Source: a virus (Duplodnaviria; Heunggongvirae; Uroviricota; Caudoviricetes). Taken from it: 12,943 bases of DNA. This document shows, in pieces, positions 1 to 7,750 of the stretch. Numbering within the stretch: position 1 is the first letter of the stretch; each line of letters starts with the position of its first letter. The DNA is taken from positions 64,001-76,943 of IMG/VR virus record IMGVR_UViG_3300046691_000084. One strand, 5' to 3'. The position numbers and the translations under genes are program-made. The notes below the pieces were generated by a model. It did no database searches. It was not told where the DNA came from and worked only from the letters and a program-made list of their open reading frames with translations.

Positions 1-90
1 GACAATCTCACTCAACAGATTTGCATCAACAACTTCAGAAGGCTTAACTGTAGCAGATACAGCCAGGCTTGCAGTATTTGGAGCTTTCAT
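1..90 (-). CDS. 5' end of a gene truncated by the window edge (MKAPNTASLAVSATVKPSEVVDANLLSEIV...), function unknown
   Basis: ATG at 90-88 with GGAG Shine-Dalgarno at 102-99, directly after the TAG of the upstream ORF. The frame is open to position 1. Not listed in the ORF track. Confidence 0.7.
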   Translation of the reverse strand, partial: MKAPNTASLAVSATVKPSEVVDANLLSEIV

Positions 91-101
91 TCGGTATTCT
101 C

Positions 102-395
102 CTATTTCCAATATTCTGCCAATTCACCGCACTTCCGGCAGTAGACTTCAGGCTCACAATTGGGTTTCTTTTGGATGAAGAAATCAAAACCGCCACAGCG
201 ATGTCGATATTCTAGGGCATCTTTAGAAGGACCGAATGGCCACTTCAAGACACCACGGGATGATTTACACTCAGGGCATTCAAACTGAGTAGTGCCACTC
301 AAGGCGACAGCTACCCATGTATGTCTACATTGACCGCAGATAGCCTCTCCACTTAGGTGAGGCCGATGTTTCGTTAAGCTAACGACCTCACCCAT
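102..395 (-). CDS. Small Cys-rich phage protein with probable zinc ribbons
   Basis: Motifs CGQC, CPEC, HRC and CRKC. GAGG SD upstream. Co-directional with the operon. Confidence 0.7.
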   Translation of the reverse strand: MGEVVSLTKHRPHLSGEAICGQCRHTWVAVALSGTTQFECPECKSSRGVLKWPFGPSKDALEYRHRCGGFDFFIQKKPNCEPEVYCRKCGELAEYWK

Positions 396-413
396 GTGAA
401 GTACCTCTCATTA

Positions 414-641
414 TCACTTTTTGGCGTTGTTATAGTAACGTGTACCGAAGATCCTTACGCCAGCATACATCATACTTGCAATCACAAGTGATGCAGCAGC
501 CAAGGAAGGATTCGATGAAGCTACACATTGAAGCAGTGCAGAATCAGCAATCTCCTTTCCTATCTGTGCGGCATAAGCGGCATCATGAGCCTCACAGCAA
601 TAGCCCCACCATCCTTCTGGAAACCAAGTGCAATAGTCCAT
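414..641 (-). CDS. Phospholipase A2-fold-like small protein
   Basis: DYCT..FP...CCEAHDAAY...ADSALLQCV...MYAGVRIFG resembles the PLA2 CCxxHDxxY His-Asp motif. Start moved from 671 to ATG 641, which has a GGAGG SD and removes the overlap with the upstream gene. Confidence 0.65.
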   Translation of the reverse strand: MDYCTWFPEGWWGYCCEAHDAAYAAQIGKEIADSALLQCVASSNPSLAAASLVIASMMYAGVRIFGTRYYNNAKK

Positions 642-651
642 AAGACCTCCA

Positions 652-1236
652 TTAAGTAGGCCAACCTTCATCTAACATTTCAGGTGTATAGGTATCAGCT
701 TGAACACTACTCACTAATACACCTTCCCGGTCAAAACAGCTTTGTACATGTGCACGTACTGCCAACCCAATAGCCTTCATAGCATCAGCATTCAATGGGA
801 CCCAGCCATCAGGTGTTTTCCAGTTACAAATGCATGTCGGATCGAGCAGGGTTGATACTACAGCCCCATTAATCAGATTCTGGCTCTCACGTTCGGTATT
901 AATAGTAATACCATTAAAGATGATACCCTTGGTCTCTTCAATGTACCGACGAAAAGCAATAAAGGCTAGGAGTTTTGCTTTAACCTGCTCCGGTGTATCG
1001 GGCTCAGGCTCTGGCTCAGGGTCGGGCTCTGGTTCAGGCTCTGGTAATGGAATGAGCTCGAGCACCCAAATGCCATTCTGTAGCTGACAGGTATGAGTAA
1101 CTGGATCAAAGTCAGGCGGTTCTACTTCCGTAGTATGTGCTGGATGTAGCCATACCCCAGGCTCAAGAGGCGAGGGGTTAGCCATAGTCCAACCATTGAA
1201 GTACATTGTATTTGGATCATAGCTATAAACTTTCAT
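652..1236 (-). CDS. Tail fibre assembly/chaperone-like protein (Tfa-like N-terminus, Pro-Glu linker, DUF4376-like C-terminus)
   Basis: Lies directly downstream of the tail fibre. N-terminal YSYDPNT..F.G..MANPSPLEPGVWLHPAHTT.VEPP is typical of fibre-assembly proteins. C-terminal RRYIEETKGI.FNG..INTERESQ...WKT.DGWV.L...M..IGLAVRAHVQSCFDRE resembles DUF4376. Confidence 0.75.
   Translation of the reverse strand: MKVYSYDPNTMYFNGWTMANPSPLEPGVWLHPAHTTEVEPPDFDPVTHTCQLQNGIWVLELIPLPEPEPEPDPEPEPEPDTPEQVKAKLLAFIAFRRYIEETKGIIFNGITINTERESQNLINGAVVSTLLDPTCICNWKTPDGWVPLNADAMKAIGLAVRAHVQSCFDREGVLVSSVQADTYTPEMLDEGWPT
997..1044 (-). repeat. Low-complexity (PE)n linker, PEPEPEPDPEPEPEPD, made of about two imperfect 24-nt units
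   Basis: tcgggctcaggctctggctcagg (998-1020) and tcgggctctggttcaggctctgg (1022-1044). Confidence 0.9.
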
Positions 1237-1250
1237 AAAGTACCTTTAAA

Positions 1251-3746
1251 TCAGTATTTGATACATGCCACCAAGGCCACGTTCTTCATCAAAGTTTCTG
1301 CACCACCAGTATTGTTAATGGAGATGCCAGTTGCCTTAGAGCCAGTGTTGGTAGAGCCTGCAATAGCACTAAATACACCACCTGCTGTGTATGCCGTACC
1401 CGTAGTTACACCCAAGCTGTGGAAGTGGCCAGGGTCAGTTACGCCGTGGTTGTGAGAACCTAAGCCATCAGCCTGATAGCTACCAAGGATACGGTTAAGG
1501 TCGACACCAGCACCAGCATCCCAACCGCGAATTACTCTACCACGTAGATCAGGGACGTTGAAAGTAGTAGAGCCATCGCCATTACCAAACGGACAAACTC
1601 GTGCAGTAATACCGGTAGCAGTCGCGGTGGCATTCGCAGAGATTGTAAATGTAGTAGTGCCGTTTGCTGCCGTAATAGTAACACCAGCAGGAATGCCTGG
1701 ACCACTAATCGGCATACCGACAAACCAACCAGAGTTAAGACTGGTGGCTGTGATACTATTACTACCCGAAGTGGTGTTGCATGTCACAGCATAGGTGATA
1801 GCATTGAACAGGTTTGCATAGGTAGTCCGCGAGATTGCCGAACCATCAGCCATTAAATAGCCAGCAGGCGCCCAAATCATAGCAAACATAGACAGCATGC
1901 CAGGTGGAACGCTACTGACGCCACCAAGACCAGCTATAATCTGGTCATACAATGCCTTGCCCTGAGCAGCCGAAAGAGGCTTATCAACGGCAGTACTTGA
2001 CAGGGTGTTGTTAATATCAGCCACACGGACCGGCATACTAGTACCACTAAAGTAACCCGTACAGATCCACCCAGTAGCAGTACTCCGGAAATCAGCAAAG
2101 TCATCCGCAGCAGTGACTATGTTAAGGCCACCTGGGAGTTTCAATGTTGAAGTATTATGAGTAAGTGTCAAAATGCCTGTAAAGCGTACTTGCTTACGGA
2201 CACCAACAGTAGCTATCGTCCCAAGGGATGTAATAGCGGTAGTGCCAGAGATCGCAACAACGCTAGATGCAACAGCACCGATATCTACAGTAGCTGCCGA
2301 TGCGACTGATACAGCTACCTCTTCAACAGCACCTGTGATAGCTAACTTACCAGTGAGAGTTAATCCAGCACCAACAGTGAGGCCGCCACCATAAGAACCA
2401 CTCCCGACAACATCCAATCCACCAGTCGTGTTAAAGGTCGCTGATAGAGCTGGTAGGATAGCACCAACTCGAGTGGTCAATATACGAACGCTACCTGCAG
2501 AGCTACTAGAAGTAGTTGCCTCTTCAGTATAAATATCAATACGCCCTAGGCGCTGGTAAGTAGTACCATCACTTGCTGCGCCCATAAGAGTACAGACAGA
2601 ACGACCTGAAGGGACTTGTGTATGCACACCGACAGCACCATAAGAGCGCGTACCTAGAAAGGTCGATCCAAAGTTAGCCGTCGTAAGGGAATAACCTTGG
2701 AGAGCTACGGTATTCTCTTTGGCAGCAGCACTCCCAGCCATTCGAAAAGAAGGTACTACAGTGCCAGAATCCGAGGATGTCGGTACTACAGTAGCATCCG
2801 AGTTATTATTGGTTGATACAAGCCAACCATTCTCAGAAGCTGTCTTCTTCCAGATAGACCATGTCCCGTTATAATAAGATCGAGCCCATTGATCACCTGT
2901 CTGGTAGTCAAGATAAAACTGACCAGTCATGTTATAGGCTGCACGTGTAACAATGAGAGAGCCTGCACGAGCAACTGGATAGTTCAATACAAGAGTGGCG
3001 TTTGCACTCAGGTTCTGACCATAAGCACCAGGATCAGTCATGTCATTAAGGTCAGTGCCAGTAGGTATTAACACACCAGTGGTATTGCCAGGGCCCCAAC
3101 CAATATTACCTAAGAAGGCAACGTTAGCTCCACGTCGATGGATAACAGGCTCAGCAAAGAAGACTTTAGCGCCAGCAGGGTTACCAGATTCGTTCCAAAC
3201 ACCAATGGTAAAGGAGCGAGTAGTAGGGCCAGCTGTAAAGGTAACGTTAAAGTCAGCCCAACCAGTGTCAGTCACAGGTCCGACAGAGGTGACACGCGTA
3301 TTGGTCACAGAGGAGCCGCCAGCTTGCGCATCATACTCGACACATACAAGACGACCACCACTAGCAACACCACCTGTCATTGCCATCTTTATGGAGACGT
3401 CAAACTTCTCTCCAGGTAGACATACAATACGTGTTTGGCCATTCTGCAGTGGAAATACACTCACAAGCAGCGAAGTCGTTATCTTAGTGGATACGCCAAT
3501 GTTTATAGCAGGCGCACCAGTAGGGACACTAGCATCAGTATATGGTACATAAGCAACAGTACCGATCCCACTAGATCCAGTATTCAAAGCGCCATTAGGA
3601 TCGAAACGTGAGTTAGCAATCCAGTTGGCATAGTCACTGCCGATGACAGCACTATTCAGATTGATGAAGTTGTTATCCAACTCCGAGTTGGTCAGAGGAC
3701 TCCCTTTAGCGAAAACCCCTAACAGTCGTGTAATGATTGATGCCAT
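1251..3746 (-). CDS. Tail fibre protein (831 aa) with tail-collar domain
   Basis: N-terminal KGSPLTNSELDNNFINLN anchor. Knob-like DLNDMTDPGAY...GSLIV...QFY...W.RSYYNGTWSIW segment (~2844-3053). Fibre repeat NNTLSSTAVDKPLSAAQGKAL. Collar VPPGM..MFA...APAGYLMADGSAISRTTYANLF...GDGSTTFNVPDLRG..IRGWD. Gly/Thr/Ser-rich overall. GAGGA SD. Confidence 0.92.
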   Translation of the reverse strand: MASIITRLLGVFAKGSPLTNSELDNNFINLNSAVIGSDYANWIANSRFDPNGALNTGSSGIGTVAYVPYTDASVPTGAPAINIGVSTKITTSLLVSVFPLQNGQTRIVCLPGEKFDVSIKMAMTGGVASGGRLVCVEYDAQAGGSSVTNTRVTSVGPVTDTGWADFNVTFTAGPTTRSFTIGVWNESGNPAGAKVFFAEPVIHRRGANVAFLGNIGWGPGNTTGVLIPTGTDLNDMTDPGAYGQNLSANATLVLNYPVARAGSLIVTRAAYNMTGQFYLDYQTGDQWARSYYNGTWSIWKKTASENGWLVSTNNNSDATVVPTSSDSGTVVPSFRMAGSAAAKENTVALQGYSLTTANFGSTFLGTRSYGAVGVHTQVPSGRSVCTLMGAASDGTTYQRLGRIDIYTEEATTSSSSAGSVRILTTRVGAILPALSATFNTTGGLDVVGSGSYGGGLTVGAGLTLTGKLAITGAVEEVAVSVASAATVDIGAVASSVVAISGTTAITSLGTIATVGVRKQVRFTGILTLTHNTSTLKLPGGLNIVTAADDFADFRSTATGWICTGYFSGTSMPVRVADINNTLSSTAVDKPLSAAQGKALYDQIIAGLGGVSSVPPGMLSMFAMIWAPAGYLMADGSAISRTTYANLFNAITYAVTCNTTSGSNSITATSLNSGWFVGMPISGPGIPAGVTITAANGTTTFTISANATATATGITARVCPFGNGDGSTTFNVPDLRGRVIRGWDAGAGVDLNRILGSYQADGLGSHNHGVTDPGHFHSLGVTTGTAYTAGGVFSAIAGSTNTGSKATGISINNTGGAETLMKNVALVACIKY

Positions 3747-3766
3747 GTGAGGAGTCCTCTATTTCA

Positions 3767-4219
3767 TTAGCTGAAGGTGATTTTCCAGGTAATGGTAAGG
3801 CTGTCCAGCGCGCCTTTGTTAATGACAGCGAAGACAGTACGTGCCAGCATAGTACCAGCAGAAGCAGCGTTAAAGAGGCCAGCTTCGGTGATTGCACCAG
3901 TACCGCTACCAGCAGGGAACGTACACACGTACTGAACAGCATCGTTCGATACAGTAGTAGTCACTTGCACTTGAGAAGTCAATGCTACACGGACCAGTTG
4001 AGTGCCCAATGCAGTATCAGTGCCAGTAACAGCTACGTTACCTGTACCTACGCCCATATGGGAGGCAACAGCAGAGGCCGTACCAATCATTCGGCTTGTG
4101 ATGAACGACAAGCCGGTATTAACGACTAGGTTTTTAGTGAATGTCTCTTTGATATTGCCGAATTCGTCATGAAGGACAATCGTCAACTCACCATTCGGTT
4201 TTACATCTTCATTAAGCAT
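3767..4219 (-). CDS. Virion tail/baseplate-associated beta-rich protein
   Basis: KNLVVNTG...HMGVGTG...TDTALG...TFPAGSGTGAITEAGLFNAASAGTMLARTVF..INKG..DSLTITWKITF is a pattern typical of phage tail-associated structural proteins. Adjacent to the fibre gene. AAGGA SD. Confidence 0.75.
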   Translation of the reverse strand: MLNEDVKPNGELTIVLHDEFGNIKETFTKNLVVNTGLSFITSRMIGTASAVASHMGVGTGNVAVTGTDTALGTQLVRVALTSQVQVTTTVSNDAVQYVCTFPAGSGTGAITEAGLFNAASAGTMLARTVFAVINKGALDSLTITWKITFS

Positions 4220-4230
4220 AATAATTTCCT

Positions 4231-5187
4231 TCAGAAAGTTAAGCTAACACCATTATAGTCATCGAACCAGTAGTCTTCTGAGAAGTACCCCTGCATCAAT
4301 AACAACCCACTATCACCCTTTGTAACAGTTTCTGCAACAGTGCCCTTGTCAAAGCCCAAACTGAGTTCTTCAGTCTCTGTAGGCAGTTCAGCAATAAGTC
4401 CTCGAGAGAAGCTAACAGCGAACTCCTCAGTATCAGCAGGCGCCTCACTGAATGTGGGAGCTATCTCAAAGACAGGGCCTGCATCGACTGTAACGCTAGG
4501 ATCAGCTACTCCAGGGCCAATACCGAACCATAGAATGTCAACCCTGTTACCCACATCACCAAGGGCAATACTAGGCCCCATAGACACTGCCTCATTAGAC
4601 ACAGGCGTATCAGTCAAGACAGTACTGAGGTCGAAGATCATTCGCTCTACTTTGTTGCCCATAACATCAGCAATATTCTTGCCAATACCAAAGGTATACA
4701 ATTCAGTGTCACTGAGAAATTCTGAGACACCAGTAGAGAAGTCCAACGAGATAGCTTCAGTATCACTGACTGTCTCCATTGTAACCTTAGAGAATGTCGC
4801 ATACTGGTCATCTTCAGCAGTGGCCAGCCCATCAAAGTCATCTGTAGGGTCTACTGCTTCGAGCACAAGCTTACCATCTAACAAGGTAATCTTATCAGTT
4901 TGAGCAATGGCATCGAAGAGAGCCTTAGACAAGGACATGCTGAAGTTAGTAATAAGGGTGTAGTTATCGCCCACATACTTGAACAATGGCTCGTTAACCT
5001 TACGACCATCGCCAGGTAGCCCTGTGATAGCAACGTTAACACTAGGTACAGGGTCAGGTACAGTATTGACTACAGGTGCAGTATTCCGAGCTACAACAGC
5101 GGGTTGTGATATTACAGCTGTGACCTTACCATCAGAGACTTTAACTGACGGCCCGGTAGCAATAATCTTGACATACTTAGTGGCCAT
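4231..5187 (-). CDS. Acidic virion structural protein with ~12 degenerate 18-19-aa repeats
   Basis: Units such as SKVTMETVSDTEAISLDF, STGVSEFLSDTELYTFGI and APTFSEAPADTEEFAVSF. Located in the tail cluster. AGGAG SD. Confidence 0.7.
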   Translation of the reverse strand: MATKYVKIIATGPSVKVSDGKVTAVISQPAVVARNTAPVVNTVPDPVPSVNVAITGLPGDGRKVNEPLFKYVGDNYTLITNFSMSLSKALFDAIAQTDKITLLDGKLVLEAVDPTDDFDGLATAEDDQYATFSKVTMETVSDTEAISLDFSTGVSEFLSDTELYTFGIGKNIADVMGNKVERMIFDLSTVLTDTPVSNEAVSMGPSIALGDVGNRVDILWFGIGPGVADPSVTVDAGPVFEIAPTFSEAPADTEEFAVSFSRGLIAELPTETEELSLGFDKGTVAETVTKGDSGLLLMQGYFSEDYWFDDYNGVSLTF

Positions 5188-5198
5188 CAGTCAGCTCC

Positions 5199-5789
5199 TT
5201 AAGGGACAATGTCAGTAGGGCTGAACAAAATCTGCACCATACCACGGACAGGTTTCCAAGTACGCTTAAAGGACGAACTCAAAGGCTCAGTCACTCGTAG
5301 CTCAAAGAAGCCATAGATAGGGCTATCCACAGAAGCTTGTACTACCCATGTAGCTGCCAATGTCGATGGGAACTGGATGTTCACGATGTTAGGCACGTAC
5401 TCGATCCATAATGGATCTAAAGGCGGCGTGACAGCGCTAACATAGGCAACACCAGCATCCAACTTGTAATACTTACCTGAAGTAGCATAATATACGACCT
5501 CATCACGGTTGTATGATTGGATGTCCTGCCAGTTACCACGATCAGTAGGCACTCGAACGTTAAGAATCGTTTGAACACCACCAGTCTTGATAGCCGTTGG
5601 TTTGTCGGATTGGCCTACTACGTTGTCAGCTTCAACAACTACAGCTTCAAGATCATAGCCTCCAACGTTACCCAGAAAGGATAATGTGACAGGGAACTCT
5701 AATTGCTCACCCTTGACAAACGACCAGAGGGTGGCACCAGAGTCACTGATGAGGTCTTGACCAGTATCAGTTAATTTTGACCGTGCCAT
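5199..5789 (-). CDS. Probable virion structural protein with a short carbohydrate-binding-module (CBM5/12)-like motif
   Basis: NWQDIQSYNRDEVVYYATSGKYY resembles the W....Y..GD.V.Y.G..Y pattern. Start moved from 5825 to ATG 5789 (GAGG SD, no overlap). Confidence 0.6.
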   Translation of the reverse strand: MARSKLTDTGQDLISDSGATLWSFVKGEQLEFPVTLSFLGNVGGYDLEAVVVEADNVVGQSDKPTAIKTGGVQTILNVRVPTDRGNWQDIQSYNRDEVVYYATSGKYYKLDAGVAYVSAVTPPLDPLWIEYVPNIVNIQFPSTLAATWVVQASVDSPIYGFFELRVTEPLSSSFKRTWKPVRGMVQILFSPTDIVP

Positions 5790-5802
5790 AAGACACCTCT
5801 GA

Positions 5803-6150
5803 TTATTTATCAGCCTTAGAGTCAAGCTTCTCTACAATGCGATCAAGCTTTATAGAGAGTCCATCCAAGGCCTTGGTGAAATCGTCCTTTCGAACGTAAT
5901 GATTAGCAAGCATCAACTCAATAGTCTCGATGCGACTGACCTTCTCCATGATACGTGAGAATGCCGAATCCACCTCATCTTTACGAGTGTAGTTGCGAGC
6001 CATGTCAAGTTCAATAGAATTGACCTTTGTCTTGAGTGCTGCATTCTCCACCTTGAGGTTGTCTAAAGTAGACCACATCAGCTTAAAGATCCAGGTACCC
6101 ATGACAGAGCCAACACCAAGAACCATGTTAAACAGTGGTTGATAGTCCAT
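5803..6150 (-). CDS. Membrane-anchored coiled-coil protein, holin-like candidate
   Basis: One N-terminal hydrophobic helix (LFNMVLGVGSVMGTWIFKLMW), then amphipathic heptad-like sequence and a charged C-terminus. AAGGAG SD. Confidence 0.55.
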   Translation of the reverse strand: MDYQPLFNMVLGVGSVMGTWIFKLMWSTLDNLKVENAALKTKVNSIELDMARNYTRKDEVDSAFSRIMEKVSRIETIELMLANHYVRKDDFTKALDGLSIKLDRIVEKLDSKADK

Positions 6151-6161
6151 TCTAATGCTCC

Positions 6162-7553
6162 TTAGAATCCGAAACCACGGGAGACTTTCTTCTGACCATT
6201 GAGGACAGGGAATTTGAACTCCATGAGGTAACGAACACCGTCTGAGAAGTGCTCGACGCCTTCCGATTTATCAATCGTGGCAGTATCAGGGTTCTTATCA
6301 ACCCATTTAGTACGTTCCAGTGAGGTGATTGTACCTACACATCGTGGATGCACGTATAATTCAGTGTCTCCTCTGGCGTTCATCAGCTTACGATTGACTG
6401 CTGCAACAGAGTCGACAATAGCAGGAGCTTTAGAATGGGCCAGACAGGTTATCCCATAGGACTGTAGAATAGAGAAGTCAGTACGGCCAATAGGAGCAGA
6501 GCTTTTACGAGCACGACCACTAGGGTCAGGATAAGCAAAAATCCTGTGATTAGCGAATCGAGTAGTAAGAGCAAGAGCCAACGTTTCCGTGTCAGCGTGG
6601 CCTTTGAATTCTTCAAGAATATGGACCTGGCCACCACGAATGGCAGCAGCACTAGAGCACTGAAGACCGACGTTGAAGTCGATGGCGATATGAACATCCT
6701 CACCGTAGTGTCCAGCGTTAAGGTCAGGAGGGACAAAGTCAGGAAGATCCACCCTAACGTGCCGCTTTCGATCAAACATGTAAAAGACATTGTAACCAGA
6801 CTCCGCAAAAGAAGCCAAGTATTCAGAAGCCCATTGTACAGGATCGAGCCTAGCTTTGAGAGATTCAAGTTCAGTGATATCCAGATAAGGAGATTGTGTG
6901 TAGTCGTAATGGTATGACTTCCAGCGCTTATCGACTTCCTGATAGTTGAACATCGTATGGAAGAAGTTATAGCCCTTAGGAGTGCTAATCACCAAGGCAC
7001 GACCAGGAGATCTAGCACCAAAGTGTTTAGCACGAGCAGGCGACCAACGAGTAGTAATGCACGGTTCAATTACGCCTTCCCATGCCTCTTGAGGGGTCAT
7101 ACCTTTGTAGCAGGAAGAGACTTCGTCCCATACCACAAAGTAGGCGCCCTTGCCTCGCATCCTGTCAACAGCCTCATAAGAGATCAGTCGCAGTTGTACA
7201 TTGTTCTCGAACCAGAAGCGACCTTGATCCCGTGAGCTTTTAATTGCTGCTGCTTCCAAGCCAAGGTCGTAAGCGAGTAACGGGAAGTAGATGTCTGTAA
7301 CCTGGTCATAAGTCGGAGCAATGATATAGACATTCTTGTTGGGGACGTTGGCTCCCAATTCAAGGAGCTCATACACGGCGGTGGTTGCAGCGACGGCAGC
7401 CATGAATGATTTGCCCCAGCCACGACTGCAGCAAACCGCAGCAAACCTAACCTTGTGGTCAATAAAGATGTCTTCATAAACGTTACTTTGACCATAGTGT
7501 AGTTTGATTGGCTCAGCGACTGGCTCTATGATTGAATATTCAGGATCGTCCAT
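6162..7553 (-). CDS. terL: Terminase large subunit
   Basis: Adenine-binding LHYGQ, Walker A CSRGWGKS, Walker B FVVWDE, coupling motif VISTPKG. C-terminal RNase H-like nuclease with AIDFN, YPDPSG and EHFSDGVRY. Confidence 0.96.
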   Translation of the reverse strand: MDDPEYSIIEPVAEPIKLHYGQSNVYEDIFIDHKVRFAAVCCSRGWGKSFMAAVAATTAVYELLELGANVPNKNVYIIAPTYDQVTDIYFPLLAYDLGLEAAAIKSSRDQGRFWFENNVQLRLISYEAVDRMRGKGAYFVVWDEVSSCYKGMTPQEAWEGVIEPCITTRWSPARAKHFGARSPGRALVISTPKGYNFFHTMFNYQEVDKRWKSYHYDYTQSPYLDITELESLKARLDPVQWASEYLASFAESGYNVFYMFDRKRHVRVDLPDFVPPDLNAGHYGEDVHIAIDFNVGLQCSSAAAIRGGQVHILEEFKGHADTETLALALTTRFANHRIFAYPDPSGRARKSSAPIGRTDFSILQSYGITCLAHSKAPAIVDSVAAVNRKLMNARGDTELYVHPRCVGTITSLERTKWVDKNPDTATIDKSEGVEHFSDGVRYLMEFKFPVLNGQKKVSRGFGF

Positions 7554-7750
7554 TATCCACCCCGCTTAGGTACTAAGAAGTCTTCCAGTACAGCACTGCG
7601 AGGGAAATCAATTGCAGAATCAGACCTACGATCTTCGGTCACATCACCAGATGAGAAGTCACACAGGTACTCCTTGTTGAATTCTTCAGGGGTTCTTACT
7701 TGTAGACGAGTCTTGTAATCATCCCAGTTGATCTTCCGAGTCATACTCAT
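7553..7750 (-). CDS. Small ORF translationally coupled to terL, carrying a TerL-linker-like motif
   Basis: TAATG stop/start overlap with terL. GAGG SD before ATG 7750 (alternative starts 7753, 7744, 7765). Contains TPEEFNKEYLCDF. Confidence 0.55.
   Translation of the reverse strand: MSMTRKINWDDYKTRLQVRTPEEFNKEYLCDFSSGDVTEDRRSDSAIDFPRSAVLEDFLVPKRGG

Noticed and set aside
830-1087. Plus-strand ORF with a GSGSGS repeat
   Set aside because: It is the antisense reading of the (PE)n linker in the chaperone gene and has no independent support.
1251-1600. Diversity-generating retroelement target at the fibre C-terminus
   Set aside because: No template-repeat copy or reverse transcriptase is present in the window, and the C-terminus is collar-type rather than a recognisable C-type lectin variable region.
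6162-7553. Intron or intein in terL
   Set aside because: At 463 aa, with ATPase and nuclease motifs at normal spacing, there is no room for an insertion.
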